From Planctomycetota bacterium (GTDB lineage Bacteria; Planctomycetota; UBA11346), in assembly GCA_038231435.1 (NCBI GenBank), contig JBBRLJ010000003.1, positions 32,001 through 96,000 of the forward strand: a stretch of DNA of 64,000 nt. The letters run 5' to 3'. Position numbers and translations under genes: made by a program. This document shows positions 27,571-36,823 of this stretch, in pieces. A model generated the notes under the pieces. That model was not told the DNA's origin, did not search any database, and saw nothing but the letters and a program-made list of their open reading frames with translations. The first letter of the stretch is position 1. Each line of letters begins with the position of its first letter.

Positions 27571-30500
27571 ATGCCCACTCCGCCAGTCCCCGCACCAGCC
27601 GACCCGAACCTGCCGATGCGCGGTCCGCTGACCACCTCGTTCATGCTCCATTGCGGGGTGTTCCTGGCGATCAACGCCCTGGCTTGGGCCAACGTGCGCA
27701 GCGTCCAACGTCAATCCGACGCCTTCATCGAGCACATCGCCAAGAAGGAGCGGCGCGACGCCGAACAGGCGCGCAAGGAGCAGGCTGACGCCGCCAAGGA
27801 CGCCGCGAAAAGCCAGCTCGCCATGGAGATGGCCGACATCATCGCGGCCGACGTGCGCTCACCGGATCTCGACCGCATCATGGCCATGACCACCGACGGG
27901 ATCTCGGACCTGTTCCAGGACCAGGACGGCGGAGCCGCCGACTACGATCAGGACCGGCTCGCAGCCCTCGATCGCGTCCAGGCCAATGCCGACCAGCTGC
28001 TGCGCGAGGCGCTGGTAGCGCAGGTGCGGCAGTACATCCGCGACCAGGTCGCTCCCGAGATCAAGGAGCGCATCGCGCACGAACTCAAGAACCAGACCGG
28101 TGGCGAGCTCGAGAAGACATTTGCGGGCAAGCTCCGCGAGGACAAGGCCAAGCGCCTGCACGAAGACGCCGGTGCTTTGCGCAAGCAGGCCGAGGAGCTC
28201 GGCCAGGAGCGCCGCGAGCTCGAACAGGCGCGCGGTGAGGCGGAACGTGGCGAGGCCAAACCGGCGGGCGAGCGCGCTGGCAAGGCGCGCGACGCCTTGG
28301 GCAAGACCGAGCAGGCCGTCGCGGCGAGCGCCGCGGCGGCCGCCCACGATGATCCGAGCCTGGCCAAGGACGCGGAAGCGGCCAAGGATTCCACCGCCGA
28401 GCGCGCCGCCGTCGATCAGGCCAGCGCGTCCGCTCCCGGCGAAAAGACCACAGCCGTCGCCGACCTCGCCGCCGCCGGCCAAGCGATCGAGCAGCGCGCC
28501 CAGGCACTGGGGAAACTGGCCCAGCAACTCGACGAGCATGCCAACAACCAACCGGGTTTCGACGGCCTCGAGCGGCGTATCGCCGCTGCCGCCAAGGACC
28601 AGGTCGACACCGCGCTGCGCGACCAGGTGGCGCGCGAGGTCACCGACAAGGCGATCCCCGAGGCAACCGACAAGATCATGCAGGCGGTGGGCAAGGACCT
28701 GGGGCAGCTCGGCATCAAGCAGGAGGAATTCGCCGGACTGCTCAAGCAGGATATCGCCAAGGCGCTCTCCGAGGGTCTCGGCGCACCCGACGCGTCAGCG
28801 GCCTGGTTGCGCACCGAGCAGGCGGTGGGGCTCGACGCCAGCCGTGGCATCGACGCCGCGCGTGACGCGGTATCCACAGCGGCCGAGAAGCTCGCGGCGC
28901 TGGCCCAGCGACAGGATGCGATCAAGGCCGTGGCGGATCACCCGATCAATGCCCAGGCGCCGCAGGAATCCGCTCTCGCCGACGATATCGCCACTGCCGA
29001 ACGCTCGGCGAAGGACGCGCTGACGACGACGCGCGAGGATTCCCTGGCCAGCGAGGCCGAGGTCGATCGCGGCCTCGAGCAGCTGCGCCACCATTCCTCC
29101 AGCGACCTCGCGGCGCATGCGGCGGCGGCGAGCAGGAACGGTAACGTCAGCGACGCCGCGCGCTTCATGGACGACACCGCGCGCACGCTGCGCGAATCGG
29201 CCGCCAAGCTCACGGAAGTCGCCGGCGCGCTCGATCGCGAGATCGCCGCGCGCGACGCGGCGGCGAAGGATCTGGCGGCGAAGATGGGACCGCTCGCGGC
29301 CAAATCCATGACCGGATCCCTGGACACGGGCGCGACGCAGAGCGCCGATGCGCTGGCAGCAGCCGGCAAGCAGGTGGTGTCGGCGAGCGCGAACCGCAGC
29401 GTCGACACCGCCGTCGGCCAATTCCAGGCCGGCAACGTCCTCGGCAACGCCGGGCGGCTCGCCCAGCTCAAGCAGCTGATGGAATCGGTGGCGCAAGCGA
29501 AGAAGAACGCCGCCGAGGGTCGCACCGGCGGCTCGCCCACCCTGTTCGGGGCGCCCGCGGGCGGCATGCGTGGCAAGGGCGTGGCCAAGGCGGCGCTGGT
29601 GCGCTTCAATCGCGACGCGTACGAAGCCTTCGTGAAAGACCTGCGCAGCCGCACCAATCCCGGCAACGCCTATGCGCCGGTCGCCGAAGTCACCGGGATC
29701 GACAGCGTCGCCGAGCCCGAAAGCGGCCCTTTCCCCGCCGTGGTCTACGCTCCCGCCAAGGACCAGGCTAAGGGCCAGGCGACCGACGCCGCCAATAGCC
29801 AAAAGAGCCCCACGAGCCCCAAGCCGCCCGAACGGAAGGTCGAGGAGCCCACCTACAAGCACGTCGCCTTCGGCTGCGCAGCAATGGTCGAGCATCCTAT
29901 CGTCATCGATGGCGATCTCGGCGATTGGGGCGAGCTCACCCATCCGATGGCGATGCAGTACGGCGTGCAGGACGCGAACGCCAGGATCGAGAACGGCACC
30001 AAGGTCTACATGCGCTGGTCGAACGACGGCCTTTATCTAGGATACGTCGTCCATGACGACGGCGGCGTTCAGCAGCCGTCGGCAAAGACGCCGTACATGG
30101 GCGACTGCCTCGAGTTCTTCATCGACATGGAGAACGGCCGCCGCGGAGCGATGGCGCAGAGCCAGTTCTCTCACCAGTTCATCTTCACGCCTTTCGGCTG
30201 CGCCGAGGAGGCGCGCGTCACGTTCTCCGAGATCGGCCGCAGCTTCCGTGGCCTGTCGCAATTCCAGCCGTATCCGGACACCGAGCGCAAGCGCGGCTGG
30301 TCCGCCGCCAAGCAGATCGCCGGTGGCTACAGCGTCGAATGCTTCGTGAAACGCCAGGCCCTGTCCAAGCCGGTGCTGGTGCCCGGCGCCTACCTGGCCA
30401 TCAACTTCTCGGTGAACATCGACGCCCAGGAAGCCCACCAGACGCAATGGTCGGCCTCGAAGGCGATCAACAGCTGGGACAAGCCGGACACCTGGGGCGA

Positions 30501-30933
30501 CGTGCTGCTCCTCGGCGCAGACGCCTCGGTGCGAGCGCTGACCCTCGACGCCAAGCCACTCGAGCGCGTCATCCCCGGGCAGGCGGTGATGGTCGAGATC
30601 ACCGACCCTGACATGGACCTGGATCCCGCGCACGAAGACCGCGTCATGGCCACGGTCGGCGTGAAGGATGCGGTGGACCAGGTGATGATGGTGCTCAAGG
30701 AGACCGGGCCCGACACCGGCGTGTTCCGTGGTTCACTCAACACCCAGCTCTATCTCGACGAAGCCAGGAAGAACACCGTCAGCATCCGACCCGGAGACGT
30801 TCTCGAGATCGGCTACGACGATCCGCGCGCCGCCTATGGCGAGCAGCACCGGCGTGTGGCCGCGGATCTGCCCGTCGCGCACCCGGTCATCACCTTGTCG
30901 CTGCGCCAGACTCCGGCACCCTCACCCCAATAA
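27571..30933 (+). CDS. TonB/TolA-like membrane-anchored protein with a long helical stalk, a CBM9-like (DOMON-like) domain and a C-terminal Ig-like domain
   Basis: Single N-terminal TM with SFMLH (SxxxH). About 650 aa of Ala/Glu/Lys/Gln-rich helix. IDGDLGDW...WSNDGLY...GDCLEFFID...GYSVE...WDKPDTWG. Then DPDMDLD...LKETGPDTGVFRG. Directly upstream of exbB/exbD. Confidence 0.72.
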   Translation: MPTPPVPAPADPNLPMRGPLTTSFMLHCGVFLAINALAWANVRSVQRQSDAFIEHIAKKERRDAEQARKEQADAAKDAAKSQLAMEMADIIAADVRSPDLDRIMAMTTDGISDLFQDQDGGAADYDQDRLAALDRVQANADQLLREALVAQVRQYIRDQVAPEIKERIAHELKNQTGGELEKTFAGKLREDKAKRLHEDAGALRKQAEELGQERRELEQARGEAERGEAKPAGERAGKARDALGKTEQAVAASAAAAAHDDPSLAKDAEAAKDSTAERAAVDQASASAPGEKTTAVADLAAAGQAIEQRAQALGKLAQQLDEHANNQPGFDGLERRIAAAAKDQVDTALRDQVAREVTDKAIPEATDKIMQAVGKDLGQLGIKQEEFAGLLKQDIAKALSEGLGAPDASAAWLRTEQAVGLDASRGIDAARDAVSTAAEKLAALAQRQDAIKAVADHPINAQAPQESALADDIATAERSAKDALTTTREDSLASEAEVDRGLEQLRHHSSSDLAAHAAAASRNGNVSDAARFMDDTARTLRESAAKLTEVAGALDREIAARDAAAKDLAAKMGPLAAKSMTGSLDTGATQSADALAAAGKQVVSASANRSVDTAVGQFQAGNVLGNAGRLAQLKQLMESVAQAKKNAAEGRTGGSPTLFGAPAGGMRGKGVAKAALVRFNRDAYEAFVKDLRSRTNPGNAYAPVAEVTGIDSVAEPESGPFPAVVYAPAKDQAKGQATDAANSQKSPTSPKPPERKVEEPTYKHVAFGCAAMVEHPIVIDGDLGDWGELTHPMAMQYGVQDANARIENGTKVYMRWSNDGLYLGYVVHDDGGVQQPSAKTPYMGDCLEFFIDMENGRRGAMAQSQFSHQFIFTPFGCAEEARVTFSEIGRSFRGLSQFQPYPDTERKRGWSAAKQIAGGYSVECFVKRQALSKPVLVPGAYLAINFSVNIDAQEAHQTQWSASKAINSWDKPDTWGDVLLLGADASVRALTLDAKPLERVIPGQAVMVEITDPDMDLDPAHEDRVMATVGVKDAVDQVMMVLKETGPDTGVFRGSLNTQLYLDEARKNTVSIRPGDVLEIGYDDPRAAYGEQHRRVAADLPVAHPVITLSLRQTPAPSPQ

Positions 30934-31022
30934 CCAGCACGCGACCTCCGACCATCCGGGCCACTGCCCAGCCAGGCTCTCAGCCAAATCCCAGCCAGAC
31001 TCTCGAAGAAGGATCATTCCAG

Positions 31023-31913
31023 ATGCGAATCACCATGCGATCGATCACGCGCCTCGTCGCCATGCTCGTGCTCACCGCCCTCGTCGGCGGCGCGAGCCGC
31101 GCGGCCGACGCTCCGGCTGCGGCGGTTCCCGCCCCGGTCTCCACTCATACTGCGGACGCCACGGCTGCCACAGCCTCCAGGGCTCCGGCTTCGACCAAGG
31201 CGGCTGAAGTCAGCGAAGGCAAGGGCGACCCCGGATTCAACGTGGTGGGCGAGGTCTTCTCGTGGGGCATGACGCCGCTGTGGATCTGCTCGTTCATTCT
31301 CGTCGCGATGGTGATCGAGCGCACGCGCTCGCTCAAGCCCGAGCGCGTGCTCGATCCGAAGATGGTCGACGAGGTCGCCACCCTGGTCGGCGACCTGAAG
31401 CTGACCGAAGCGCAGAGCCGAGCCGAGAGCTCGGGCACGGTGATCGGCAAGGCCTGGGCCCAGGGCCTGCACGAATTCTCGCTCGGTGGCGTGCCGTTCG
31501 CCGAGGCGCTGACCAACTCAACGGTCCTCGCCTTCAAGCCACTGAAACGCAACCTCCAGGGCATCGCCACCATCGGCGTGATCTGCCCGCTGTTCGGCCT
31601 GCTCGGCACCATCGTGGGCATGATCATCACCTTCACCCACATCTCCGCGGCGGGCGGCGCCAACAAGTCGGCGATCGCCGGCGGCATCGCCTTCGCGCTG
31701 GTCAAGACCGCCGGTGGCCTGGTGGTGGCGATCCCGGCGATCGTCGCTGGGCGTTACTTCCAGGGCCGTCTCGGCGGCTTCGCGGTGCAGGCCGAGGCGG
31801 CGATCAACCGCATCAACTACCGCCACAGCCATGGCCTGTCGCTGTCGCGCAAGGGCGGCTCCGATGCCGCCGAGCCGGCGCCGGTGTCGTTGGCGATGGC
31901 TGGGAGGATCTGA
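31023..31913 (+). CDS. exbB: MotA/TolQ/ExbB proton-channel subunit with a signal-peptide-like N-terminal extension
   Basis: IATIGVICPLFGLLGTIVGMI...IAGGIAFALVKTAGGLVVAIPA. Start may be 31035. Confidence 0.9.
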   Translation: MRITMRSITRLVAMLVLTALVGGASRAADAPAAAVPAPVSTHTADATAATASRAPASTKAAEVSEGKGDPGFNVVGEVFSWGMTPLWICSFILVAMVIERTRSLKPERVLDPKMVDEVATLVGDLKLTEAQSRAESSGTVIGKAWAQGLHEFSLGGVPFAEALTNSTVLAFKPLKRNLQGIATIGVICPLFGLLGTIVGMIITFTHISAAGGANKSAIAGGIAFALVKTAGGLVVAIPAIVAGRYFQGRLGGFAVQAEAAINRINYRHSHGLSLSRKGGSDAAEPAPVSLAMAGRI

Positions 31914-31914
31914 C

Positions 31915-32325
31915 GTGCAGAAGAGCCTGACCTCCGAGCTCGAGGAATACGACGATCGCGCGGATCTCATCCCGATGATCGACTGCGTATTCCTGATGCT
32001 GCTGTTCTTCGTCGTGACCGCGACCTTCTCTGACCAGAACCTCTTCCAGGTCGAGCTGCCGAAGGCAGAGCAGGCAGAGGTGCGCGACACCACCGACGCC
32101 ACGGTGGTATGCATCTCGAAGAACGGCAATTTCGCGCTTGGCCAGGACTACGTGGCCGACGACGCCTTGATGGCGACGCTACGCGCGCAGCTCGCCGAGC
32201 GCAAATCGAAGACCCTGGTCATCCAGGGCGACAAGGGATGCCCATACGAGAAGGTGGTGATGGCCGTCGATGCCGCGCACGCACTCGGCGTCAACGAGTT
32301 GTGCCTGGCGGTCGCGCAGCAGTGA
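31915..32325 (+). CDS. exbD: ExbD/TolR biopolymer transport subunit
   Basis: GTG start after GGGAGGA. DLIPMIDCVFLMLLFFVV carries the conserved TM Asp; also VELPKA and LVIQGDK..PYEKVV..VD. Confidence 0.9.
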   Translation: MQKSLTSELEEYDDRADLIPMIDCVFLMLLFFVVTATFSDQNLFQVELPKAEQAEVRDTTDATVVCISKNGNFALGQDYVADDALMATLRAQLAERKSKTLVIQGDKGCPYEKVVMAVDAAHALGVNELCLAVAQQ

Positions 32326-32378
32326 GCGGCTGAGCTTTCACGGCGGCCTTCCGCCGCGAACCGAGGACACGCCGCCTC

Positions 32379-33329
32379 TCAGCCGAGCGCGCGCACGGTC
32401 TTCCCGGGCACGATCGCGCATGCCGGGATCGCGGGCAGCTTCGCCACGCCGGCCAATGCTTTCGCGGCGATCGCCGCGAGCTCACGGAACGGATACGCCA
32501 GCGTGGTGATTCCGGGATAAAGCCCAGTGAAGGTGGGGCTCGCGTCCACGCCGAGCACCGACACATCGACCGGCACCGACATGCCAGTATCGCCGAGGGC
32601 GCGGATCACGGACAACGCCTGCCAGTCGTTGAGGCAGAAGAACGCGGTCGCGCGCCCGTCGCGGGCCATGGCGGCGATCAGCCCGTCGTCGGGACCATGG
32701 ATGACCGTAGCCTCGAGTCCGGATTCGATCATGGCCGAGCGGTAGCCCGCCTCGCGCGCGACGATGCCGTGCGCGCGACGGTGGTATGAGAGATGGACGA
32801 TGCGCCGATGGCCGAGGCCGAGCAGATGGAAGGTCGCGGTACGCCCCGTTTCGTGCTCGTCGGGCGATAGGAAACGCACACTCGGCCCGAGGCAGGGCGC
32901 GACGAACGAGACCACCGGCAATGCTCCGTCGAGCTCCGAGCGCAGGCGGATCCCCTCGGCCGGCGGCACCACGACCACTCCGGCGGCGCGGCGCGCGGCG
33001 AAGTCGCCCAGCGCCTCGTGGAATTCGCGCTCGTTGTCCACCTGCGCCAACAGCAGGCGTAGGCCGGAGGGCGCCACCGCCTTGCGCACCTCGTTCATGA
33101 GATCGAGGAAGAATGGACTGTCGATCGCCGGCACCAGCGCACCGATGGTGCGGCTCGTGCCGCGCATCACCTCGAGCACCGCTGGATTGGGCCGGTAGCC
33201 GTGGCGTTCGGCCATCGCCAGGATCCGGCCGCGGGTCACGGTGCTGATTCCGGGCCGATCGTGCATGGCGCGATCCACCGTACCCTGCGAGACACCGCAC
33301 AGGCGCGCCAGCTCCAGCGACGAGATCAT
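32379..33329 (-). CDS. LacI-family transcriptional regulator
   Basis: ELARLCGVSQGTVDRAMH...GYRPN HTH; FCLND..A, VPVDVSVLGVD, ITT. ATGA overlap with the GH116 gene. Confidence 0.92.
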   Translation of the reverse strand: MISSLELARLCGVSQGTVDRAMHDRPGISTVTRGRILAMAERHGYRPNPAVLEVMRGTSRTIGALVPAIDSPFFLDLMNEVRKAVAPSGLRLLLAQVDNEREFHEALGDFAARRAAGVVVVPPAEGIRLRSELDGALPVVSFVAPCLGPSVRFLSPDEHETGRTATFHLLGLGHRRIVHLSYHRRAHGIVAREAGYRSAMIESGLEATVIHGPDDGLIAAMARDGRATAFFCLNDWQALSVIRALGDTGMSVPVDVSVLGVDASPTFTGLYPGITTLAYPFRELAAIAAKALAGVAKLPAIPACAIVPGKTVRALG

Positions 33330-35950
33330 CGGCGTACGGACGGCGCCCGCACGGACCCGGATCCCCGTTTCGCCGGCGCACGCGTGGCGCGCACCGGCAC
33401 CACGACAGCCAGCGACTGGCCCGCGCGCAAGCGCTTGGTGGGCGCGAACGCCGCCTCGCCTACGTCCGCGAGGACGATCCTGGCGAGGCCCAGTTCTCCG
33501 TGCAGCACCCGCAGCGTCACCGTGATCCCACGACCCGAACGCTTCTGCGAGCAGGTGCCCCAGGCGTCGCCGGTGGACCAGAAATCGCGCGTGCCTGAGG
33601 GCGCCGCGCGGAAGGTCATCGCGCCCTCGACCGCCGAATAGTGGAACCCGGTCAGCGCCAGCACGCCCGCCCACGCCACCATCGCCCGCGCGTAGTGGTG
33701 GCCGCATTCGGCCTCGTCGAAGGGGCTGCGCCGTGCGCCGTCGTAGCGCGCGCGCACCGCGGCGATGCATTCGAGGCCCTCGTCCGCCAGGCCTTCCTGG
33801 ATCATCCCCACGGCGGCGGTGTGCTCGAAGCCGGTCATCACCTCGTTGTAATACGGAAACGGCCGCTTCGGACGCCGGCCGCGCGGGTACGTCGCCATCA
33901 GCAGCGCGTGCTCGTCGCTCAGGGCGAAGGAGCGCAGATGGTTGAAATGGCCGTACAGGCCGCGCTTGAAGTTGTGGCGATGGATGCTCGCCAGGGTCTT
34001 GGCGATCTTCCTGCGGTCACCCAGGTAGCCGAGCCCGCAGATGTGCGCCTGCATCTGGCCGACCAGCTGATCGACCAAGCACCCGGATCCGAGCTGCAGA
34101 TCGGGGGACATGCTGCCGCCCGCCCCCATGTTGTGGCGCAGGCCCTTGGCGATGGCGGTCTCCGGCATGGGCCGGATCTCGTGCTCGTAATATTCACCGT
34201 TGAAGAGATTGGCATCGGTCCAGGCGCTGCCGCGCTCGAAGAGCGCGCGACACTCGTCGGCGAAGGCGCTGTCACCGAGATGGCGGGCCATGTCCTCGCA
34301 CGCGCGCAGCGCGCCGAGATACCAGAACTCCATCTGCGGATTCGGCCCGTAATATTCCACGTCCATGGTGTTGTGCTGGCAGCCCTCCATCACCCCGTCG
34401 CGATCGGCATCCCAGCCGCCAGGGATCCAGCAGAACTCGAGGGCCTTGCGCACCCTCGGCCAGTGCGCGCGCAGGAAGCGCTCGTCGCCGCACAGCCGCC
34501 AATCGCGATGGAAGCGCATGATCGAGCCCATCTGCCCATCGGCGGCGGCGATGCCGAATTCCTGCGCGCGCGCGATCGGCAGGTTGACGCGGAAGCTCAT
34601 GTGCCCGTCGTCGCGGGTCATGTGGCCGAATTCCACCTCGCGCATCGAACGGGTCAGCTCGCCGAAGAGGAAGGCCGTGCACTGCTCGTAATTCCACACG
34701 TGGGTGCACGAGCCATTGCAGCATCCCGAGGTGTCGCCACAGCCCTCCCAGCCATAGAACCGCCCATCCGGCGTTCTGAAGCAGGTCTGCGAACGCAGCG
34801 TGCTGACGTTGTAGAGCGCAGCCTCCTTCACCACCTCAGGCAGATCACTGGCGCAGAAGGCGCGCACGAAGCCGAGGGTGCGCTCCTCGAGTCGCGGCAG
34901 CTCGCGCACCGTCCGGGTGACCACCTCCCAGGCGTCGCGGTAGACGGTGGTGTAGTGATTGCCGATCCAGTTCGGATTGGCGCACGACTGACCGGGCGCG
35001 CATCCGGCTGGTCCGCAGGCACCGGCCGGAACCACCAGCGGCTTGCCGTCGGCTCCCTGCGCCGGGCTCCAGGTCATGCGATTGGGGAAATGCCAGGAGA
35101 TCAGGAAGGTCACCTCGCGCTCCGAACGCGCGGGCACGGTGACGGCGACGGCGAGCGAACCGAGCTGGCTGTCGACACCGCCGCCGTCGCGCTGCTCGAG
35201 CTGGCCATCGGCGCTGAAATCATCCCAGAAATCGAGCATGGAATCGCCCCAGCTGAGGTTCGCCCAGCCAGTGCGGTGGCTGGCGGAGCCCGCGGTAGGC
35301 GTCGACAACGCCATGGTGCCCCACTGTTCGGCCGCGCGATCCACGCCATCGGAGCGCATGAACACGCCGCGCACGCCGTCTCCAGCGCGGTATTCGTTCA
35401 CGCTTCCTTTCTGTTTGGCGACGTTGGTCTCGTAGCCGACGATGTTCTCCATGGTGCCGCACACCGAGGCGCGCACCGGCTTGGCCGAGCGGTTGCGCAA
35501 CACGAAGCGGATGACCGCCATGGGTATGCTGCTGGCCTCGACGTCGCCCGGGACCAGGGGATTGAAGGCCTGCATGGTCACCGAGAGCGGGACGTCAGCA
35601 TCCGACAGTTCGACCTGGCCGAATGGATACGCGGCGAGGAACCGGCAATCGCGGAAGCGGGGCAGGCCGTGGTTCGGCACGGTACTGCCGAATCCCCCCT
35701 CGAACGGGGGCTGCAGCGCGCCCTCGAGCGCGCGCGTCACCGCCGGGCCGCCAGACGGTTTCGCCCACAGGGCGAAGAAGCAATGCCGTGGGGTGTAGCC
35801 CTTGGCGGGCTTGTTCATGACCTCCCAATCGCGCAGGTCCCCTCGGCCACCGAGCGAGACGGTGCCGGTGCCGATGCCGCCGAGCGGCAGGGCGATGCGG
35901 GCGAGATGGTCCGAGTCGTAGCGGGTGAGCACGGGCCAAGCACTGGGCAT
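33326..35950 (-). CDS. GH116 (GBA2-type) glycoside hydrolase
   Basis: IALPLGGIGTG, YPFGQV, AFNPLVPGD..SSIP, CTHVWNY, AADGQMG, DGVMEGCQHNTMDVE, GCLVDQLVGQ, EVMTGFE, ECGHHYARAM. Confidence 0.9.
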   Translation of the reverse strand: MPSAWPVLTRYDSDHLARIALPLGGIGTGTVSLGGRGDLRDWEVMNKPAKGYTPRHCFFALWAKPSGGPAVTRALEGALQPPFEGGFGSTVPNHGLPRFRDCRFLAAYPFGQVELSDADVPLSVTMQAFNPLVPGDVEASSIPMAVIRFVLRNRSAKPVRASVCGTMENIVGYETNVAKQKGSVNEYRAGDGVRGVFMRSDGVDRAAEQWGTMALSTPTAGSASHRTGWANLSWGDSMLDFWDDFSADGQLEQRDGGGVDSQLGSLAVAVTVPARSEREVTFLISWHFPNRMTWSPAQGADGKPLVVPAGACGPAGCAPGQSCANPNWIGNHYTTVYRDAWEVVTRTVRELPRLEERTLGFVRAFCASDLPEVVKEAALYNVSTLRSQTCFRTPDGRFYGWEGCGDTSGCCNGSCTHVWNYEQCTAFLFGELTRSMREVEFGHMTRDDGHMSFRVNLPIARAQEFGIAAADGQMGSIMRFHRDWRLCGDERFLRAHWPRVRKALEFCWIPGGWDADRDGVMEGCQHNTMDVEYYGPNPQMEFWYLGALRACEDMARHLGDSAFADECRALFERGSAWTDANLFNGEYYEHEIRPMPETAIAKGLRHNMGAGGSMSPDLQLGSGCLVDQLVGQMQAHICGLGYLGDRRKIAKTLASIHRHNFKRGLYGHFNHLRSFALSDEHALLMATYPRGRRPKRPFPYYNEVMTGFEHTAAVGMIQEGLADEGLECIAAVRARYDGARRSPFDEAECGHHYARAMVAWAGVLALTGFHYSAVEGAMTFRAAPSGTRDFWSTGDAWGTCSQKRSGRGITVTLRVLHGELGLARIVLADVGEAAFAPTKRLRAGQSLAVVVPVRATRAPAKRGSGSVRAPSVRR

Positions 35951-36032
35951 GGAGCCTCCGATCGTACCGTGTAGTTACACGATACGCCTTTTCAGTCAAT
36001 CCTTAGCTGGGCTCCTGCTGCTGGCGCCAGCA

Positions 36033-36563
36033 TCACGGCACGAACTTCAACGACCCCGGATGCTCCCAGACGGCCACGATCAGGCCCATGATCACCAGGC
36101 AGACGAGCTGGTAGGAGCTGTCGATCGCCCACAGCCAGAACGGCTTGCCGTGGAATGCGTAGGTGGTGCCCATGGTGGTGGCGATGAAGGCCAGCCAGAT
36201 ACCGCACGCGAACAGCGGGCCGTCGAGCACGCCGAGGAAGCCGATGAACTTGTGCACGGCGAGCATGCCCGCGGCCATCGCCAGCAGGGAGATGAAGCTG
36301 ATGGTCATGGGCTTGGCGGGATTGCCCAGTTCCTCGGGCTTGCGGCCGCCGAGGCGCAGCCAGGGCTTCCCGAACAGGAAGCGCGAATACCACAACCAGC
36401 CGAGGTTGAAGGCGATGAACGCGCCCACCGGGATGGTCCAGAAGTTCAGCTGCTTCCATTCGTCCCAGGCGCCGCCGCCGTGGGCCATCGGCTCGGCATC
36501 TCCGGCCGCGTCGGACGCGGCCGAGGCCAGCGCGTTCAGGATGTCCGTGGCGAGATCGAGCAT
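36033..36563 (-). CDS. DUF1761-like small membrane protein
   Basis: LNFW...AF.LGWLWYSRFLFGKPW...G pattern, four TM helices, KPFWLWAIDSSYQL. Confidence 0.75.
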   Translation of the reverse strand: MLDLATDILNALASAASDAAGDAEPMAHGGGAWDEWKQLNFWTIPVGAFIAFNLGWLWYSRFLFGKPWLRLGGRKPEELGNPAKPMTISFISLLAMAAGMLAVHKFIGFLGVLDGPLFACGIWLAFIATTMGTTYAFHGKPFWLWAIDSSYQLVCLVIMGLIVAVWEHPGSLKFVP

Positions 36564-36577
36564 GGCGGCTCCAGGGT

Positions 36578-36823
36578 TCAGCAGCAGCGCGGACGCTTTC
36601 CGCGGCGATCGAAGTACTGTCGGTAGAATTCACGGCGATCCAGCAGCGCGTGCCCATCCTTGAGAGAATGGCCGTGATCACGATGTTCGGCGAGATAGCG
36701 CTCGTAGGCATCGTCGCCCGACCATTCGCGCAGCCTCGATCGGCAGATAGCCCAGCAACGCGCCATGTGGCCCAGTACAGGGCCGAGGATCCGGCGGATG
36801 GACATGGGGATGGCGCCGGCCAT
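36578..36823 (-). CDS. CstA-associated small protein (YbdD/YjiX family), Cys-Cys C-terminus
   Basis: GDDAYERYLAEH...EFY...RCC-stop. TGATG coupling to the cstA stop codon. Confidence 0.85.
   Translation of the reverse strand: MAGAIPMSIRRILGPVLGHMARCWAICRSRLREWSGDDAYERYLAEHRDHGHSLKDGHALLDRREFYRQYFDRRGKRPRCC

Noticed and set aside
36578..36586. Selenocysteine read-through in the YbdD/YjiX-like protein
   Set aside because: Some family members end in Cys-Sec, but this one already encodes Cys-Cys before the TGA. Read-through would run into the next gene, and I see no SECIS evidence.
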